Assembly: GCF_963921235.1 (NCBI RefSeq)
Contig: NC_086097.1
Span: 211,856,001-211,920,000 of the forward strand
DNA: 64,000 bases
Direction of reading: 5' to 3'
From: Mobula hypostoma
Lineage: Eukaryota
In this document: piece after piece, positions 50,591 through 64,000 of the stretch
Layout of the letters: each line of letters opens with the position of its first letter
How positions within the stretch are numbered: the stretch's first letter is position 1
Program-made: the position numbers and the translations under genes
The notes under the pieces: generated by a model
What the model was told of the DNA's origin: nothing
The model's database searches: none
What the model saw: only the letters and a program-made list of their open reading frames with translations

Positions 50591-52257
50591 TAAACCTGTC
50601 AATCTGAATCACTGCATTGGTACAGAAGGGGTTAACCAGGGTTCCATGGAACAAAGGAAGATCAAATAAACTGATATCATGCCGGTGCCTGATTTTGCAC
50701 AAAGACAGCAAGCTGGAAATTATTGTCAGAGTTGCTCTGCTTTTGTACTGACTTTGCTGTGGTGGCTGTTCACTGAAAGATTCTCCATTAACAATGGCCA
50801 GCAGTATGATGTTGAAATGTACGCAGTAGATAAACACTGAACATGGCTAGAGCAGCAGGAATGTTTGGTAGGTGGAAACTAAATGACACGTGGTGGTGAA
50901 GCTTAGTTGATCTGTATGTAGGACATGTAAATAGAAATAAATAAAAATGGGTAAATGGAACAGAAAAAGGGAAAAGTTGTTGTAACTAAGATAAACACTG
51001 GAGAGGCAAAACTTAAATATTAAAATAGAGACAGCCAAAATAATCATTCCTCAGCTTCATTCCTTGTGAATTCTGAGCCCAATATGATGCTCTGTTTTCT
51101 TCCTGTACTGTTGTCTTCATGTCTAGTTTTTTTGGACAGAATATTTTGCCTCAGTTGTTTTAGCCTATCATAAAAAAAATCTTTCTCCTGCCCGTTGACT
51201 ATCTATACATCCCTCTGCATTGGAATAGCTGCCAACATAAAAGACACTGCCCACCCCAGCTGTTCTCCCTTCTGTCCTCTTCCATCAAGCAGAAGGTACA
51301 AAAGCTTTGCGAGCATGTATTACGAGGCTCAGCTTGTATTCTTCTGTTGTAAGACCATGAAAGATTGTTTTATGTCATTTCCAGTATTCAAGTGTAAAGG
51401 AGAACAAAATAATTGTTACTCTGGTACCAGTGCAGCACAAAAATACAATTATGGTAAAGAACACAATAATGAAACAAATTAAATACATAAAGATAACTTG
51501 TACATTGTATGTCCATAAAGTGATGCTAGGCACAGGAATGTCTGTACTTAAGTTGATAAAGTACGGGATTAAGTAGCAATCTGTTGTATGATGAAGAACT
51601 CTTTGTAAGGAACCCGTTAATAAGGGCAGCACTGTTGTGGGGTTTAGTGATCTCATCTGTATCTTGCAGAGGTTGGTCATGAGCTCTCATACTTCTCCCT
51701 GGATCATGATCGCACCACTGAAATTCTTTGACCCAGACTTTCACCGATTTCACATCCTTGGGAGATCTCAAGCCTACAGCCCAGCTCTAACTCCTCATCC
51801 ATTAATTCACTTTGGTTACTCAGCTTGTTCTTGTCCTACAGAGTGTTTCTTTTCCTACCTTCTCCTTATCTTCCTTCCTTCCTGTATCTATTCTCTTTCC
51901 TTTTATATTTTAGACACACCTCTGCAAATTTGTCAGTTGCTAGCATCCAAGCCAGATTGTTTTCACCATTACTGAGTTTTGAACCCAGCATGATGTTCAG
52001 CTTTTTTTCCTCCACTTTTGCCTTCATGTCTATTTATTTGGCTAGGATTTTTCAACCCAATTGCCTTTCTACATTCCTGGATAGCCTAATGTCCAAATAG
52101 TCCCTCTTCACTGCTTCCTCCAAATCAAAAGTGTACCTGTGGGAACTCACACTGGTTCATATCCTGTTTGTCTTTCTGTGGGAAATGTAGAACATTCCTC
52201 TATTTGATCAATTGTTCACCTCATTGATGTACAATATGTATTGATTCTCCCTTCATA

Positions 52258-55200
52258 CAGAAACATTGTACAATAGGTGCAGAAGTAGACCATTTGGCCC
52301 TTCGAGCCTGCACTGCCATTCTGAGATCATGGCTGATCATCTACTATCAATACCCGGTTCCTGCCTTGTCCCCATAACCCTTGATTCCCCTATCCATAAG
52401 ATACCTATCTCGCTCCTTCTTGAAAGCACCAGAGAATTGGCCTCCACTGCCTTCTGAGGCTGCGCGTTCCACATCTCCACAACTCTCTGGGAGAAGTTGT
52501 TCCTCCTCAACTCTGTCCTAAATGACCTACCCCTTATTCTTAAACCATGCCCTCTGGTACTGGACTCTCTCAGCATCTGGAACATATTTCCTGCCTCTAT
52601 CTTGTCCAATCCCTTAATAATCTTATATGTCTCAATCAGATCCCCCCTCAATCTCCTTAATTCCAGCGTGTACAAGCCCAGTCTCTCTAACCTCTCTGCA
52701 TAAGACAGTCCGGACATCCCAGGAATTAAACTAGTGAACCTACACTGCACCTCCTCCACAGCCAGGATGTCCTTCCTTAACTCTGGAGACCAAAACTGCA
52801 CACAATACTCCAGGTGTGGTCTCACCAGGGCCGTGTACAAATGCAAAAGTATTTCCTTGCTTTTGTACTCAATTCCCTTTGTAATAAAGGCCAACATTTC
52901 AGTAGCCTTCTTCACTGCCTGCTGCACTTGCTCATTCACCTTCAGAGACTGATGAACAAGTACTCCTAGATCTCTTTGTATTTCTCCCTTACCTAACTCC
53001 ACACCGTTCAGATAATAATCTGCCTTTCTGTTCTTGCTCCCAAAGTGAATAACCTCACACTTATTCACATTAAACGCCATCTGCCAAGTTTCTGCCCACG
53101 CACCCAGCCTATCCAAGTCTCCTTGAATTCTCGTAACATCCTCATCACATGTCACACTACCACCCAGCTTAGTATCATCAACAAACTTGCTGATGTTATT
53201 CATAATGCCTTCCTCTAAATCATTGACGTAAATCGTAAACAGCTGTGGTCCCAACACCGAGCCCTGTGGCACCCCACTAGTCACCACCCGCCATTCCGAG
53301 AAACACCCATTCACTGCCACCCTCTGCTTTCTATCTGCCAACCAGTTTTCTATCCATGTCAATATCCTCCCCCCAATGCCATGAGCTCTGATTTTACCCA
53401 CCAATCTCCTATGTGGTACCTTATCAAATGCCTTCTGAAAGTCAAGGTACACCACATCCACCGGATCTCCCACGTCTATCTTCCTGGTTACGTCCTCGAA
53501 AAACTCCAATAGATTAGTCAAGCATGATTTGCCCTTGGTAAATCCATGCTGGCTCGGCCCAATCCTATCACTGCTATCAAGATATGCCGCTATTTCATCT
53601 TTAATAATGGACTCTAGCATCTTCCCTGCTACTGATGTTAGGCTAACAGGGCGATAGTTCTGTTTTCTTTCTCCCTCCCTCCCTTCTTAAAAATTGGGAT
53701 AACATTAGCCATTCGCCAATCCTCAGGAACTGATCCTGAATCTAAGGAACATTGCGGATGCATTAGTGATCATTTTCCAATTTCCAGAGCCACCTCCTTT
53801 AGTACCCTAGGATGCAGACCATCTGGACCTGGGGATTTGTTAGCCTTCAGTCCCATCAGTCTACTCATCACTGTTTCCTTCCTAATGTCAATCTGTTTCA
53901 GTTCCTCTGTTACCCTATGTCCTTGGCCCATCCATACATCTGGGAGATTGCTTGTGTCTTCCCTAGTGAAGACAGATCCAAAGTACTTTTAAATTCGTCT
54001 GCCGTTTCTCTGTTTCCCATAACAATTTCTCCCAATTCATTCTTCAAGGGCCCAACATTGTTCTTAACTATCTTCCTTCTCCTCACATACCTAAAAAAAA
54101 CTTTTGCTATCCTCCTTTACATTCCTAGCTAGCTTGCGTTCATACCTCATTTTTTCTCCCCGTATAGCCTTTTTAGTTAAGTTCTGTTGCTCCTTAAAAA
54201 TTTCCCAATCATCCGTCTTCCCACTCACCTTAGCTCTGTTATACTTTTTTTTTAATGCTATTCTATCTCTGACTTCCTTCTCCAGGGGATGAACTGATTT
54301 TGCACCTTGTGCATTATTCCCAAGAATACCTGCCATTGCTGTTCCACTGTCTTTTCTGCGAGGATATCCGACCAGTCAACTTTGGTCAGCTCCTCCCTCA
54401 TGGCTCCATAGTCTCCTTTGTTCAACTGCAATACTGACACTTCTGATCTGCCCTTATCCCTCTCAACTTGCAGATTAAAAACTTACCATATTATGGTCAC
54501 TACCTCCTAATGGCTCCTTTACTTCAAGATCACTTATCAAATCCTTTTCATTGCACAACACTAAATCCAGAATAGCCTTATCCCTGGTCGGCTCTCGTAC
54601 AAGCTGCTCCAAAAATGCATCCCGTAGGCACTCTACAAACTCCCTATCCTGGGGTCCAGTACCAACCTGATTTTCCCAGTTCACCTGCATGTTGAAATCC
54701 CCCATAACTACTGCGACATTTCCTTTGCCACATGCCATTGTTAACTCCCTATTCAACTTGCACCCAATATTCATGCTACTGTTTGGGGGCCTGTAGATAA
54801 CACCTATTAGGGTCTTTTTGCCCTTACTGTTCCTCAGTTCTATCCACACTGACTCTACTTCTCCTGATTCTATGCCCCCCCTTGCAAAGGACTGAATCTC
54901 ATTCCTCACCAACAGGGCCACCCCACCCCCTCTGCCCACCTTTCTGTCCCTTTGATAGCACGTATACCCCTGTACATTCAATTCCCAGGTCTGATCCCCC
55001 TGCAGCCATGTCTCCGTTATCCCAACAACATCATAGTTACCCATTCGCACCTGAGCTTCAAGCTCATCCGCCTTACTTCTGACACTTCGCGCATTCAGAT
55101 ATAGAATTTTTAACCCATTTCTCCTCTCTCTGTTTAAATCGCTGCCTATTGTGCATAACCCAGCTCCCCGAACTCTCACTGGGCTATATGCCCCTTGAAT

Positions 55201-56558
55201 TTTGTTGTCCTTCTTAAATTTACTTACTCTTCTGCACATTTAACGCCATGCTCCATCAGACCATCCCACTGCACATGTATCATTCTTATCACTCGTTCCG
55301 CCTCACCTTTCTCTACTTCACACTTAATATTCCGGAACTGTGTAGTCCCCACCTGTCCTTTATACTTCATCTCGCTATCCTCTCTCACATTCTGGATCCC
55401 TGCCCCCTGCAAATTTAGATTAAACCCCCCCCAAGCAGCACTAGCAAACTTTCCTGCAAGAATGTTAGTACTCCTCCAGTTCAGGTGTAAATAGTCCCAT
55501 CGGAACAAATCCCACCTTCCCTGGAACAAAGCCCAATTATCTAAAAACCTGAAGCCCTCCCTCCTGCACCACCCTCTCAGCCACGTATTGATCTGTATAA
55601 TCCTTCTGTTCCTCGCCTCACTGGCACGTGGCACAGGTAGCAATCCTGAAATTGTTACCCTGGAGGATCTGCCCTTCAGCTTCGCACCTAACTCCCTGAA
55701 CTCACTACGCAGGACCCCCTCACTCTTCCTATCCACGTCGTTGGTCCCTACATGGACCACAACATCTGGATTCTTGCCCTCCCTCTCAAGAATAACCTGC
55801 ACCCGATCTGAGATGTCCCGGACCCCGGCACCAGGGAGGCAACATACCATCGGGTTTAAACTCCCGATCTCCTCCACAAAATCTCCTATCTGCCCCCCTG
55901 ACTATATAATCCCCTATCACTACTGCTGTCCTCTCTTCCCTCCTCTCCTTCTGAGTCGAGGGTCCAACCTTAGTGCCAGAGAAAGGACCACTGCCACTTG
56001 TTCCTGGTAGGTCATCCCCACCAACAGTATCCAAAACGGTATACTTATTGTTGATGGGAATGGCCACAGGGGTGCTCTGCTCTCTCTGCCTGCTCCCCCT
56101 CGATCTCCTGACAGTCACCCAGTTGCCTACCTCCCGTATTTTGGTGTGACTACCTCCCGATAACTCTTATCTATCTCCGTCTGTGCCTCCCGAATGATCC
56201 GTAGTTCATCTAGCTCCAGCTCCAATTCCCTAACTCGCTCTGATAGGAGCTGCAGCTGGATGCACCTTCTGCAGGTGTGGTCATCAGGGACAACTGCGTT
56301 GACCCTGACCTCCCACATATTGCATACGGAGCACACCACTGCTGTAACTATCTCCCCCACTACCTGATCCCAGATTAATCAGAATAAATGAAAAAGTACC
56401 TACCAACTTTACCTTTTTTCCTCAGCAAGCACGTACTCAGGCTCACTGATTACCTCTCACCGAAGACCCCCTTACGCCGAAGCCCACTGAGCCAAAGCCC
56501 AGCACTCTGCTCCCGCGCACTCCGCTGCCCGCCCCTGAAAGTGGGCCTCTTTTTAAAG
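52258..56558 (-). mobile_element. Near full-length CR1 LINE (ORF1 zinc finger-leucine zipper-esterase; ORF2 APE-RT), degenerate
   Basis: ORF1: CSVC…CRRC, LSERVRELELELDEL, VIGDYIVRG, VHVGTND, DYLH. APE: YLNARS, ITETW, YRPP, MGDFN, SDH (54475-55239). RT: GVPQGSVLGP, KFVDD (52337-53620). Confidence 0.94.
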
Positions 56559-56577
56559 AACATGAAGGTCTCATCAC

Positions 56578-59500
56578 TGTAATGTATTGTGTGAGTATTC
56601 GTAGCGTCAGAGTGCGTATGACGTCAGGACGTGGAAAAGGGTTTAAAAAATGGAAGTCTGGTGAATAAAGTTGGTTGTTCAATCTACAGCGGTGTCCAAG
56701 TCACATCAATATTACATGGTGTCAGAAGAAAATGCGAAAAATAAAAAGGAAGAGAAGACACGTAAAAGATGTCACAGTTACAGCAACCGTCAAGTTTAAG
56801 CCTACAAGGTAATCTTCCTGAAAACTGGAAAATATGGATCCAGTAGTTTGAGCTGTTTTGCACCGCTAGCGGCCTAGCTGAAAAGACGGAGAAAGTGCAA
56901 TGTGCTACGTTTCTGCACGTGGCGGGGGAAGAGGCAATAAAGGTTTGCAACACGTTTGTCTTCCAAGGTGATGAGCAGGATAAAATTGAAGTGTTGAAAA
57001 AAAGGTTTCAAGATTACTGCAAACCGGGAAAAAACTTGCCGTTCATCCGACCGGTTTTTTATGAGGGCTGAAGGACTAACAGAGACCATAGACGCCTACG
57101 TAACAGATTTGAAGAGCAAGGCAAAAGACTGTGAGTTCGGACAACTGCATGATTCTTTAATACATGACAGGATTGTATGCTGTATACGAGATATCAAGTG
57201 AGAGGCAGACTATTGAAAGAGGCAGATCTTACATTAGAAAAGGCAATTGATATATGCCGTGCCAGCGAGATCACATTAAGTCAGGTTAAAGTGCTCAATG
57301 AAGAGATTGACGTGCACAGAATAAAAACTCTGAAAAATGACAAGAGTAGGACAAGCCAGCTCCACAGGATGATCAAAAGGAAGTTAACTGCAACAGGTGT
57401 GGTTATAAACATGGATACAGAAAATGTCCAGCCTTTGGTCAAACATGCAAGTTATGCCAGAAAAGAAATCACTTTGCAAAGATGTGCAAATCGAAGGAGC
57501 ACGCAAGGAAAGTGCATGCTGTGGAACAGAGTGAGGGCAACAGTGACATGTTCATTGGCACAGTTGAAGTGGAACAGGAGGTATGCATCAAGAGTGTTGA
57601 CAATGCAGGGATGGAGGATGAAGAAGATTGGACCCAAGATCTGATAATAAACAGGAGGAAAGTGACATTTAAGCTTGACACTGGGGCAAAGTGCAATGTA
57701 ATGTCGGCAGAAACATTCAACTCACTGGACATCAGAGGAAGACTGGAAAAATCCACTGCAAGCTTGTTGCATATTTCGGCCACAAGACGGCGCCATTGGG
57801 CAAAAAAGCACTCACCTGTGTGTACAAACGTCAAAAATACAAGATTGAGGTTGAAATAGTACTTTGTTTTCAGCAATACTGGGCAAAGCAACGTGCACAA
57901 AGCTAGGCCTGGTGAAGGGAATCTATGGTGTTAAAAAAGAAAATGACATTCTCAAAGACTTTGTTGACTTGTTTTCTGGATTAAGATGTTTACCAGGGAA
58001 ACACCATATCAAGATTGACCCAACTATTGCACCAGTCGTGCATGCCCCCAGAAAGATTCCAGTAGCTCTCAGGGATCAAGTAGTGGAGGAGCTACACAGA
58101 ATGGAACAGATGGGAGTCATAACAAGACAAATAGAACCGACTGACTGGGTGAATAGGATGGTGACAGTAGTCACAGGAAAAAAAGACGAGGATTTGCATG
58201 GATCCACAAGATCTCAACCAAGCCATCAAAAGAGAGCACTATCCGCTGCTCACGGTTGAAGAGGTTGTCTCCCGCATGCCTAATGCAAAATACTTTTCAG
58301 TATTAGACGCAAACCAAGGCTTCTGGCAGATCAAGCTGGATGAAGAAAGTTCCAAATTATGCACTTTCAACACTCCCATAGGGAGATATTGTTTCCTGCG
58401 TCTACCCTTTGGGATTTTTTTCTGCATCAGAGGTATTCCAGAGATCCGTGGCACAAATGATTGAAGGCCTGGACGGGGTGGTCAACATCATTGATAATTT
58501 GCTGATATGGGTGACACAATTGAGGAACATGATCAGAGACTGAGGAAGCTCCTGGAGAGAGCACGTGTGTCCAACCTAAAACTGAACAAAAGTAAATGTA
58601 AGGTCAGAACTACAGAGATCAAATACATAGGTCATGTGCTCAGTGCTGATGGGCTAAAACCAGATGATGAAAAGGTCAGAGCTGTGGTACAGCTACCACC
58701 ACCCAAAGACAAGCAAGAACTATTGAGGTTCATGGGCATGATACAGTATCTTGCCAAATTCATTCCCAACTTATCAGAGGTCAGCGCTCCACTCCGAAAG
58801 CTACTAGAGAGCAACACTGAATGGCATTGGGAAGACGAACAAAAGAAAAGTTTTGACTCATTGAAGCAGTTGGTTAGCAATGTACCAGCACTCAAGTTCT
58901 ATGATGTCAATAAACCAGTGACGATGTCTGTGGATGCCAGTTCGGAGGGAATAGGAGCTGTTATACTGCAGGATGGGAGGCCTGTGGCGTATGGATCACG
59001 AGCACTTACGGACTGCCAACGTCAATATGCTCAAATTGAGAAGGAATTACTGGCCATAGTTTATGGGTGTGAGAAGTTCCACCAATATGTATATGGCAAA
59101 GAAATCCAGGTTGAGAGTGATCACAAACCATTTGAGAGCATCTTCAAAAAGCCATTCCACCAAGCTCCTATGAGACTGCGAAGGATGCTTCTCAGGCTAC
59201 AGAGGTACATTCTCACAGTCACCTATAAGCCAGGAAAAGAACTGCACATCGCTGATGCTTTGAGCCGTGCTTACCTCAAAGAGCGAAAGGAAATGTTGCT
59301 AGGAAGAGAGCTGGAGGGCAACTGGGTTACACCTCAGCTACCATCTCTGAGGAGAAGTTGAACATGTTAAGGAAAGCGACTACAGATGATTCTGAAATGC
59401 AAATGCTAAGAGACATTGCAATGAATGGATGGCCAACAGAAAGAAAAGATGTTCCAAAGGAAATGCAGAAATACTGGACATTTAAAGAGGAAATCAGCTA

Positions 59501-61000
59501 TGCATCAGGACTGATGTTCAAAACGGCAAAACTCATCGTACCAAACCAAATGAGACAGGAAATGCTCAACAGGATTCATGAGTCACACCTGGGGATAGTG
59601 AAATGTAAAGAAAGAGCGAGGGACATTCTCTATTGGCCAGGCATGTCAACTCAGATTGGGGACATTGTGTCTCAGTGTGCTGTCTGTAATGAAAACAAAA
59701 ACAGCAATCCCAGAGAGCCTCTGCTTCCCCACCCACTACCAGGAAGACCATGGGAGAAGATTAGCACAAATCTCTTTCACTACAATGGTACAGAATATCT
59801 GCTTTGTGTGGACTACTATTCAAAATATCCGGAGATCATCAAGTTAAGTGACACGTCCAGTCGAGGTGTCATTACCACAATGAAGTCGACATTCACAAGA
59901 CATGGTGTTCCAGATATTGTCGTTAGTGACAACGGTCCACAATATGCCAGTGGTGAGTTCAGAGGGTTCTCAGAAAGCTGGGAATTTCAACATGTTACTT
60001 CCAGTCCAGGGCACGCTCAGTCTAATGGACAAGCAGAGAGAACTGTACAAACTGACAAGAACATGCTCAAGAAGGCACAAAGCAGCAACGGTGACCCTTA
60101 CATTGCTCTGCTTGAATACCGCAACACACCGATTGAGGGTGTGGGGTTCTCTCCTGCGCAGCTGTTGATGGGACGTCGTCTGAAATCCAAACTGCCAACA
60201 TCCACAACTCTACTGACCCCTGAAGGTAATGCTCAAGTACATGACAAGCAAAAGTACAAGCAAATAAAGCAAAAGAGCTACTATGACAGGCATACAAGAC
60301 AGTTGCCAGATCGGCAAACTGGTGAAAATGTCAGAGTACAGAGAGGAGACACTTGGCAACCAGCTGTGGTTGTGAACAGACATCAGCAACCAAGATCCTT
60401 CATAGTTCGCACACCAGATGGAAGAGTCTACAGGAGGAACAGGAAGCATCTGCTGAAGACAGGTGAGAGGGAGTTTCCACGTACAGATGCACAGGACATT
60501 TCCACAGATACAGACATGGAAACAAACGACACTAAGAGTGATGCAGACCCCAAAGACACAGAGGTCACTCGAGAGACTGACATGCATGAAGGTCAAGCAC
60601 AGTCACAGTTGTATCACACACGGTCTGGGAGACAAGTCAAACTTCCAGCTAGATACAGAGACTAATGAAAGGTTTATTAGTCTATGTAGGTAAAAGAAAA
60701 TACACTGCTGTTAGTATTGTAAAGTACAATGCAGAATACAGTATAAGAAGGTAAGATTTTTTTTAGTTTATGTCATAGTTGTTGCACTGTAAGAAGGGCA
60801 TACCTAGAGGCATTGTTTTGGTAATTCACACTGTTGTAAAAAAAAATCTTGAGAAGGGGGATGTAATGTATTGTGTGAGTATTCGTAGCGTCAGAGTGCA
60901 TATCATGTCAGGACGTGGAAAAGGGTTTAAAAAATGGAAGTCTGGTGAATGAAGTTGGTTGTTCAATCTACAGCGGTGTCTGAGTCGCATCAATATTACA
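56578..61000 (+). mobile_element. Element E: full-length degenerate Mag-like Gypsy LTR retrotransposon
   Basis: 139-bp LTRs at 56578-56716 and 60862-61000 (7 mismatches); 5-bp TSD atcac; tRNA-Leu-type PBS tggtgtcagaag; PPT gagaaggggga. Double knuckle CNRC…CKLCQKRNHFAKMC, LDTGA protease, RT, RNase H (DASS…YAQIEKE), integrase 59358-60665. Confidence 0.95.
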
Positions 61001-62424
61001 ATCACGTTTACAACCAGTTTCCACCATTACTTTCACATGTTTTTATCTATTTCTTTTCCACCATCCAGAAATTCCAACACTCCTTGCACCTGTTTCCAAA
61101 AAAGTGTACTGTCCATGATGTTGTCTTCTCGGCACTGGAGAAATGAAATATAGATTATATGACCATTTTGACTAACATCTGCTTTTAGGCTGCAAGAATG
61201 ACCTTTTCATTTAATTGCCTGTCAGTTTAACTTTCCTACAGTGCCTGTTCTACCCTCATTACATTAGGCCTTTTACCTGCTCCCAAGAAACTCAATGTCA
61301 TTGAACAACAGTCTCTTCGTCCTGCTTGGCACATTACAGCTCTAAGGCGATAACTGGCTTTTTCTGCTTATCGTCGAACTCACCATTCCTAATGCAAGAT
61401 CAAAAGCTAGAAATATCAACCCTATTTCTCTTTCCTCAGATGCTACGTGACCTACTAAGAATTTTCTTCGTGCTCTCTTTATCTCAGATTTCTAACAACT
61501 GCCGTGCTTTGTTTTCATTTGAATTTTCCCTCTCTCTTTTCATTTGCCTCCTGTTTGTATCTGTTCCAGGCAGATGACCTGTGATGAATAATCTTCCACT
61601 GTCTTCTTTCAGTTGAAGCCATCACCATTTCTGTCATTCGGTCTTTGTTTCTACCCCATGGTAGATATTACCATTGCCTTCTCTACATTTTCTGTGATTT
61701 AAAACATACTTGATGTCCAGTTTTCTTAATTTTGACGATGGTTATCAACTGGAACTGCTGACTGTTTAACAATAGATGCTGTCTGACGCACTGAGTCTTT
61801 CCATTTTTATTACACATTTGTTTAATTGAATCATAGAGATTGCACGTTCTCTGTAGAGTGCTGCACATTGACGTGAGTGGTTTCCACATGCTGTGGAGAA
61901 GAATTTAACTCTAGGAACCAACTCTTAATTCTGGGCATTTATCAGCCTTAGTTTTAGGATACAGAGGGAAGGAGGCAGTCATATAGCTTCTTCAAACAAA
62001 ATTCCCAAATTCTTCTAGCTGCACCGTAGCTGTTCAATCTGATTCAATTTGTATGCTTCACAGTTTAGACCGGAAATTATAAATAGTTTCATTTAATATC
62101 AGATATATATATGCAATATACTGTACATCCTGAAATTCTTGTTCTTCACAGACATCCATGAAAACAGAGGAGTACCCCAAAGAATGAGTGATGGTAAAAT
62201 CATTAGAACCCTAACCACCCCGACTCCCCCCTCCCATGCATAAGCAGCAGCAAAGCAACAATCCTTCCTCTCCCCCACCTACTTCAGCAAACAAGCATCA
62301 GAACTCTTCAGCTGCCAAGCAATCAGTAGTAAAGCCCCCAAGAAAGACCATGATCTGCAGTACAACAAAAACTAATTGTTCACCCGACAAATAATCATCC
62401 CTCTCTGCACCCCCACCCCCCTTC

Positions 62425-62795
62425 AGTATGTTGAAGTTCCATTGAGAGAGCATGCAATACTAGATTTGCTATTAGGGAATGAGACAAGGCAGGTGACAGA
62501 AGTTTGTGTATAGGAAGACTTTGCATCCCATGACCACAATGCTATTCGTTTCAAAGTAAATATGGAAAAAGATAGGTCTGGTCCGCAGATTCTAAATTGG
62601 AGAAAGGCCAATTTTGATGGTACCAGAAATGATTTGGCAAGTGTGGGTTGGGACAGGCTGTTTTATGGCAAAGGTGTGCTTGGAAGGTGGGAGGCCTTCA
62701 AAAGTGAAATTTTGTATGTGCCTGTCAGAATAAAAGGTAAAGAGAGCAAGTGTAGGGCACCTTGGTTTTCAAGTGATACTGAGGCACTAATTCCA
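62425..62795 (+). mobile_element. CR1 endonuclease/linker fragment
   Basis: AILDLLLGNE…HDHNAIRF…LNWRKANFDG. Confidence 0.7.
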
Positions 62796-63117
62796 TGAAG
62801 GTGCTACGGAGGCTAGTGTCCATGATGGAGCTGACTAAGTTTACAACTCTCTGCAGCCTATTTCAATCCTGTGCTTGCCCCCCCCCCCTTCAATGCTGCA
62901 GTTCAAATACTCTCCACAATACGTCTGTAGAAAATTGCAGATGTCTTTGGTGACATACCAAATCTCAAAGTTCATTCTTTGGAACTGTATCAACATGTTG
63001 AGAGCAGAAAATATCCTCAGATGTTGACACCCAGAAACGTGAAATTACTCACTCTTTCCACTAATGATCCCTCTATGACTTGCCCTTTCTTACTGACATT
63101 GAGGCTAATAATTTTGT

Positions 63118-63300
63118 GCAACACACACATAATGCTGGAGGAACTCAGCAGGTCAAACAGCATCTATGAAAATGAATACACAGGCCCAAAACATTGACTG
63201 TTATTCATTTCCCTAGATACAGCCAGACCTGCTGAGTTCTTCTGGCATTTTGCGTTTGTCGCTTTTCATTTCCAGCATCTGCAGATGTTTTCATGTTTAT
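63118..63300. repeat. Inverted pair of PLE terminal-repeat fragments
   Basis: 63120-63180 is complementary to 63200-63260. Confidence 0.75.
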
Positions 63301-63459
63301 AATAATCATGTGATCTTGTTTCTGTGCACCAAGCCTGTTGGTACATGGTTGCGTTCTTAAATATTTATCTATCTGATTTTGATACCACCCTTTTGACTTT
63401 GACCTTTTTTTTATGTAATAGATTAGAATCGTACACTTTAATTCATTCAGAGTATTCTT

Positions 63460-63940
63460 TCTTTCTTTTTAAATCTTTTTATTGAATAAGTATACAAAAA
63501 GGTAAGCCATATAAACATTAATACAATGTTAAAATATAATAAAATTACAGAAGGTATCAATACCAAAAAAAATACTACAAACAATGTAATTTAAACATAA
63601 GAAACCAAGATAACATAATAGTATACTAAATTTTATATATATATCAATATAAAAAAAGAAAAAAAAAAACCCCCAAAAAAACCCACCGTGCAACTAACTA
63701 AAAGCAAAGCAAAGCAATGGGCTAACTTGAAACCAAACAGAGTTAAACTTAAAATCACGTCCTCAATCCCGACCTCCATTAAAAACAGTGAAAAAACACA
63801 AGAAGGGTATATATTACATTAAATGAAAATATCGAATAAAAGATCCCCAAGTCTGTTCAAATTTAAATGAAGAATCATAAAGGTTACTTCTAATTTTCTC
63901 CAGATTCAAACATAATATCATCTGAGAGAACCAAAAAAAG
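63460..63940 (-). mobile_element. L1-clade LINE 3' end
   Basis: The minus strand encodes PTTFFWFSQMILCLNLEKIR…FEQTWGSFI then stop, followed by a T-rich UTR and aataaa/A tail. Confidence 0.75.
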
Positions 63941-64000
63941 GTAGTTGGAGCATTAAGCTAAGTATTATACTTTCTTCCTTTCCAATGCTTCCTCCTACAT

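Noticed and set aside
61320..61600. Candidate exon 2 acceptors (e.g. ttccag at 61564-61569)
   Set aside because: No LALA/IALA-type continuation in phase 0, early stop codons, and the region looks like decayed PLE sequence.

Overview
Repeat-dense vertebrate genomic DNA. The repeat repertoire (CR1, Rex1/Babar, Penelope-like, L2, V-SINE, several Gypsy clades, hAT, Tigger) suggests a cartilaginous fish, probably a ray; this is inference. Only one host-gene piece is recognisable: a CpG-rich promoter and 37-codon first exon (47000-47110, +) of a p47/p37 UBX-family gene, most like UBXN2B but keeping a degenerate NSFL1C-type UBA helix pattern. No exon 2 was found, so everything downstream is probably intron 1. 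Four LTR retrotransposons have both LTRs and a TSD: a self-priming chromovirus (14237-25541), a very young non-autonomous Gag-protease Gmr1/SCAN-type element nested in it (18301-23106), a compact Gypsy with a -1 frameshift cassette (41373-45680) and a Mag-like Gypsy (56578-61000). The window also holds a near full-length CR1 with an esterase ORF1, a near full-length Rex1-type LINE, a TIR/TSD-bounded hAT with a templated CR1/hAT chimeric patch, a Tigger-like element and a Penelope-like element (PLE). The main hidden signal is a minimal type-I hammerhead ribozyme motif (CAGTC-CTGAyGA-AGGGTCTCGGCCC-GAAA-CGTC-GACTG). It sits in the PLE 3' repeat and in about 10 dispersed short copies, several with their own TSDs. 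All calls were read by eye; no database search was run.
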